Shown one piece after another: positions 58,294 through 59,547 of a stretch of 59,547 nt of DNA (positions are counted from its first letter, which is position 1; the number at the start of each line of letters is the position of its first letter). The position numbers and the translations under genes were made by a program. The notes below the pieces were generated by a model that ran no database searches, was not told the origin of the DNA, and saw only the letters and a list, made by a program, of their open reading frames with translations. The DNA is from an uncultured virus (IMG/VR IMGVR_UViG_3300014666_000034) (lineage: Duplodnaviria; Heunggongvirae; Uroviricota; Caudoviricetes), in the IMG/VR virus record IMGVR_UViG_3300014666_000034, positions 62,001-121,547 of that record. The stretch is one strand, 5' to 3'.

Positions 58294-59547
58294 GTGAAGT
58301 ATTATTTGACTCAAGAAGAATTATTGAAATATGCGTTAAGTAATGGTATGATTAACTTGGATGAAGTGTCAAAACAAGTTGATATGAAAATGATTGAAAA
58401 GGTTAAAGAAATTCACAAATTTAAAATAACTCAGCCATCGGAAAATGCAAAAGATCCAAGATGGCAGACACATGTTGAAGATGGAACAAAACAAGGTGGT
58501 AGAAGAAAGGTCAAGGGTAATACTGAAAATGAATTATTGCTAAAGTTAGCAAAGCACTATGGAATAACTGATGACGAGAATTTAACTATGAATGATATGT
58601 TTGATAAGTGGTTGCCTTACAAAAGATCTATTACGAATTCGGAAAATACAATATATAGACACACCACACACTGGAAACGATATTGTGTTAATTCTAGGAT
58701 TTGCAATAATAACATGAAAACACTTACTACTTTAGAGCTAGAATCATGGGCAAACAGTCTTATTAAAGACAACAACATGACAAGAAAAGAATGGCAGAAC
58801 GTAAAGGTTATAATAGGTGGCATCTGGGATTATACTTTCAGAAGTAATCTTATTAAAACCAATCCGTGGGCAGGAATAAAAATTTCCGTTAAATTTAAAC
58901 AAATCACAAAAAAGACCCCAGAAACCCAGGTGTTTATTGGTGATGATATTGATAAGTTGATTGCTGCATGTCAAGAAATGTATGATACCAATGGTAATGA
59001 AGCTTATCTTGCAATATTGTTTAATCTATATTGCGGACTTAGAGTTGGGGAGCTGGTTGCATTAAAATGGGAAGATGTGAATTTGACAGAATCTTATATT
59101 TCGGTCGAGAGAGAGGAAGTTCACATAAGGGAACGGCAAAAAGATGGGACGATAAATTACAAATGGATAGTTGAAGATCACACCAAAACGTATACTAGTA
59201 GGTATGTTCCCCTTATCCCTAAAGCTGTGAATATATTAGAAATTGTTATAGATAAACGTTGCAACAAGAATAGAAAAAGTGACTTTATATTCAAAAGAGA
59301 CAATGGGCACTTGAACACAAACAATATAAGTAACGCTCTTAGATGGGCCTGTAAGAAAGCAGATATTTCTAATAAGTCAACCCACAAGATAAGAAAGACT
59401 TTTGCAAGTAGATTAGATGCAAGTGGGGTTCCTACTGATGAAATAAGGACTTTGTTGGGACATACTGATGCTCAAACAACTTTAGGATATATTTATAATC
59501 CACTTCCAAAAGAAGAAACTTTGGAAATGATACAGAATGCCTTTTGA
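58294..59547 (+). CDS. int: Phage tyrosine integrase
   Basis: 417 aa with N-terminal arm/core-binding region; GLRVGEL, HTK, HKIRKT, LLGH, TLGY. Confidence 0.9.
   Translation: MKYYLTQEELLKYALSNGMINLDEVSKQVDMKMIEKVKEIHKFKITQPSENAKDPRWQTHVEDGTKQGGRRKVKGNTENELLLKLAKHYGITDDENLTMNDMFDKWLPYKRSITNSENTIYRHTTHWKRYCVNSRICNNNMKTLTTLELESWANSLIKDNNMTRKEWQNVKVIIGGIWDYTFRSNLIKTNPWAGIKISVKFKQITKKTPETQVFIGDDIDKLIAACQEMYDTNGNEAYLAILFNLYCGLRVGELVALKWEDVNLTESYISVEREEVHIRERQKDGTINYKWIVEDHTKTYTSRYVPLIPKAVNILEIVIDKRCNKNRKSDFIFKRDNGHLNTNNISNALRWACKKADISNKSTHKIRKTFASRLDASGVPTDEIRTLLGHTDAQTTLGYIYNPLPKEETLEMIQNAF

Larger units (their letters stand above)
1..59547 (+). mobile_element. Segment of a large temperate phage/prophage (SPbeta-like organisation, Clostridia-type host)
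   Basis: Co-oriented dense small ORFs, phage-type replication operon (SSB-AAA-helicase-primase-RecJ-DnaE), NrdD/G, dUTPase, free-standing endonucleases, terminal integrase; low GC and strong Firmicute RBSs. Confidence 0.9.

Overview
A 59.5-kb, almost entirely plus-strand segment of a large temperate Firmicute (Clostridia-like) phage or prophage with SPbeta-like organisation. It carries a beta sliding clamp, a lysis/lysogeny-type switch (XRE repressor, MazF/PemK, a LexA-boxed promoter, tRNA-Gln, five ParB/DUF262-fold proteins, a sigma factor) and a full replication operon (SSB-like, AAA, helicase, primase, RecJ, DnaE, ERCC4 nuclease). It also has a nucleotide-metabolism block (ThyX-like, NrdD/G, dUTPase), an SleB-type hydrolase and a terminal tyrosine integrase; no virion genes are visible. 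The main observation is that three long runs of small accessory genes (about 1.3-13.1, 24.2-27.0 and 40.0-51.7 kb) are punctuated at gene junctions by a 16-bp inverted repeat, TRAAA-N6-TTTYA, with a variable 6-nt spacer. I count about 45 copies by eye, 18 of them beginning with the upstream stop codon, and see none at core-operon junctions. A second, intact tyrosine recombinase abuts the first array, suggesting an integron-like gene-cassette system in a phage (inference). The bounded units include an AbaSI/PvuRts1I nuclease, an inverted self-promoted toxin-like unit and an ORF-less RNA-like unit. ATA/ATT start codons are also pervasive. All protein calls rest on motif recognition, not database searches.
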